From positions 1-54,687 of IMG/VR virus record IMGVR_UViG_3300030117_001005: a DNA stretch of 54,687 nt. One strand, 5' to 3'. The stretch is from a virus. Lineage: Duplodnaviria; Caudoviricetes. Positions 53,049-54,687 of this stretch are shown one piece after another (position 1 is the stretch's first letter; each line of letters opens with the position of its first letter). A model generated the notes under the pieces. It was not told the DNA's origin and made no database searches. It saw only the letters and a list, made by a program, of their open reading frames with translations. The translations under genes were made by a program, and so were the position numbers.

Positions 53049-53411
53049 TTAGTCTACTAGAAGTTCGTAACTAACCAAGTATGTTAGATCACTGTTAGCA
53101 GAAGCTGTAACAGCGAGTAAATCTGTTTCATCTAAATAAAATCCGTTATCTTTACCTACAACAACTAAAGTTGCATCAGCAGGTACAGATATTGTGTTAG
53201 CTATCTTAACATAGTTTGATCCGTTATCTACACTTACCTCAACGGTAATGTCAGCAGCATTTGTACCATCTATGTTTGATATCATTAACGTGTTTATCTT
53301 TGCACAGTTTTCTGCAGGTACATCAACGATGTCTGCTCTACTTGTTGTTACCGCACCAACTGCTACTTTTGGAGTAATAGTCGCTACATTAATTATATTT
53401 GGGGTTGCCAT
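53049..53411 (-). CDS. Small beta-rich tail protein
   Basis: ISNIDGTNAADITV..ISVPADATL..YLDETD..SYE. Confidence 0.6.
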   Translation of the reverse strand: MATPNIINVATITPKVAVGAVTTSRADIVDVPAENCAKINTLMISNIDGTNAADITVEVSVDNGSNYVKIANTISVPADATLVVVGKDNGFYLDETDLLAVTASANSDLTYLVSYELLVD

Positions 53412-53426
53412 TTACTTTTACCTTTC

Positions 53427-54686
53427 CTATCCAAATACTATTGCCATAGCAATGGCAAATCCTTTAGTGGCAGCACTACCTGCAGCATACGTTTTTATAT
53501 CTGATGCAGGAATAGTTTTCATTGTTCCACCGTCATTAACTACAAAACCGTCAGCATCTGCTAATGTTATTGAACCACCAACAGAAGTATCACCATCTAG
53601 TAAGTTTAGTTCTGACGCTGTTGCTGTAACACCATCGAGTATGTTTAGTTCTGCTGTTGTAGAAGTCACACCGTCAAGTATGTTTAATTCAGCAGTAGTT
53701 GCTGTAACACCGTCAAGTATATTTAGTTCTGCTGCTGTTGAAGTTATAGCAGTTCCGTTTATTGCTAGTTTATCTGTGACAACGTTAAACGTACCATTGT
53801 CTTCTATCCTAGCTACCTCTGTTCCATCTCTTTGTTGAAAAATAATATCTTTAGCATCTACAACAGGTCTAATAATTACGTCACTAGATGAGTTAGTAAT
53901 CCTAAGTATCTCTGTGCCATCATCTTGAAACTTAAAGTCACCACCGTCTGCGTCAAGGATAATATCTCCTGCTACATCTACTGTCAAGTCTCCAGAACTG
54001 AGATCAATCTCTGTTCCGTCAATAGTAATATTATCTGCAACTAAACCACCATTAGCAGTTAATTTATCTACTTGTAAATCTTCGTGGCTAGAACCTAGTT
54101 TTAACTCAAACTTTGGACCTGTAGTATTATAAGTAAACGTAGCATCATCACCACTACCACCTTCTATTGTAATACCTGCACCGTTGATTACAGCAGATGT
54201 GCTGTTACCACTATCAAGAACAATGTTGTGATCGTTAAGATTTACTGTTGTAGAGTTTACCGTTGTAGTTGTACCCGATACAGTTAAATCACCTGTAACT
54301 GTAAGGTTGTCTGCTACTGTAACCTCTGAGGTGCTGTGACCTAGTGTAATAGCTGTACCAGATATACCTGTGCCGATAGAAACAGACTCACTGCTGTTAG
54401 CTGTGTCAATTATAAGATAGGCATCTGAGCCTTGTTTAATTGTAAACGCAGTGGCTGAGTTATCAGATACAGCGACATTAATATCCGTACCATCAGCACT
54501 GATAGAATCTAGAGCAATATCACCAACGTTGGTAATGTCGTTATCACCAAAACTAGTAGCACCCATTGTTTTATTTGTAAGTGTTTGTGTTGCTGTCGTA
54601 CCAACTATCTCTTGATCACCACCTGCAGGAAGAGTTAATACGTTAGTAACAGAAGCTGAGTGTGGTTGTGACTTAACTGTTTGACC
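53427..54686 (-). CDS. Tail fibre protein, 5'-truncated (frame open to the window end)
   Basis: Upstream of 54566 the frame reads GQTVKSQPHSASVTNVLTLPAGGDQEIVGTTATQTLTNKTM; contains GDLTVSGTTTTVNST, DIILDADG and C-terminal ATKGFAIAMAIVFG. Confidence 0.75.
   Translation of the reverse strand, partial: GQTVKSQPHSASVTNVLTLPAGGDQEIVGTTATQTLTNKTMGATSFGDNDITNVGDIALDSISADGTDINVAVSDNSATAFTIKQGSDAYLIIDTANSSESVSIGTGISGTAITLGHSTSEVTVADNLTVTGDLTVSGTTTTVNSTTVNLNDHNIVLDSGNSTSAVINGAGITIEGGSGDDATFTYNTTGPKFELKLGSSHEDLQVDKLTANGGLVADNITIDGTEIDLSSGDLTVDVAGDIILDADGGDFKFQDDGTEILRITNSSSDVIIRPVVDAKDIIFQQRDGTEVARIEDNGTFNVVTDKLAINGTAITSTAAELNILDGVTATTAELNILDGVTSTTAELNILDGVTATASELNLLDGDTSVGGSITLADADGFVVNDGGTMKTIPASDIKTYAAGSAATKGFAIAMAIVFG
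53590..53745 (-). repeat. 39-bp coding tandem repeat (T-x-x-ELNILDGVT, four units)
   Basis: TAAELNILDGVTA TTAELNILDGVTS TTAELNILDGVTA TASELNLLDG. Confidence 0.8.
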
Positions 54687-54687
54687 A

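Noticed and set aside
1-54687. tRNA/rRNA genes, introns, inteins, stop-codon reassignment
   Set aside because: None recognised by eye; core genes are uninterrupted and of normal length in the standard code. tRNAscan/Infernal were not run.

Overview
The window is a near-complete, circularly permuted genome of a marine podovirus with no RNA polymerase gene. Both ends fall inside minus-strand tail genes (tail nozzle on the left, tail fibre on the right). The minus-strand late arm (37.1-54.7 kb, then 1-20.1 kb) carries tail and receptor-binding proteins, internal virion proteins, capsid, scaffold, portal, terminase, a block of Lys-rich small proteins and a lysis cassette. The plus-strand early/replication arm (20.7-37.1 kb) carries an HhH-GPD-like protein, a C5 methyltransferase, many small ORFs, T7-like primase-helicase and PolA, SSB, Cas4-like nuclease, endonuclease I, MazG-like protein, class II RNR, DUF1289 and DUF3310. 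The arms diverge at a repeat-rich non-coding region (~19.8-20.7 kb, probable physical genome ends) and converge at a bidirectional terminator (37.1 kb). Cobavirus-like replication with HMO-2011-like morphogenesis, plus DUF1127 and CoxIV-like genes, points to a Rhodobacteraceae (Roseobacter) host; this is recalled similarity, not a search result. The main unexplained signals are: a recurrent [FYM]-x-x-G-G peptide motif punctuating several late proteins, including a polymorphic-toxin-like polyprotein between portal and scaffold; four copies of one RNA internal loop in the scaffold and capsid leaders; an anti-Shine-Dalgarno hairpin behind ssb that matches the phage's own early RBSs; an unannotated DUF1127 gene with a sequestered RBS; a CoxIV-like peptide; and two identically built AT-rich palindrome arrays. 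All family assignments are by eye from motifs.
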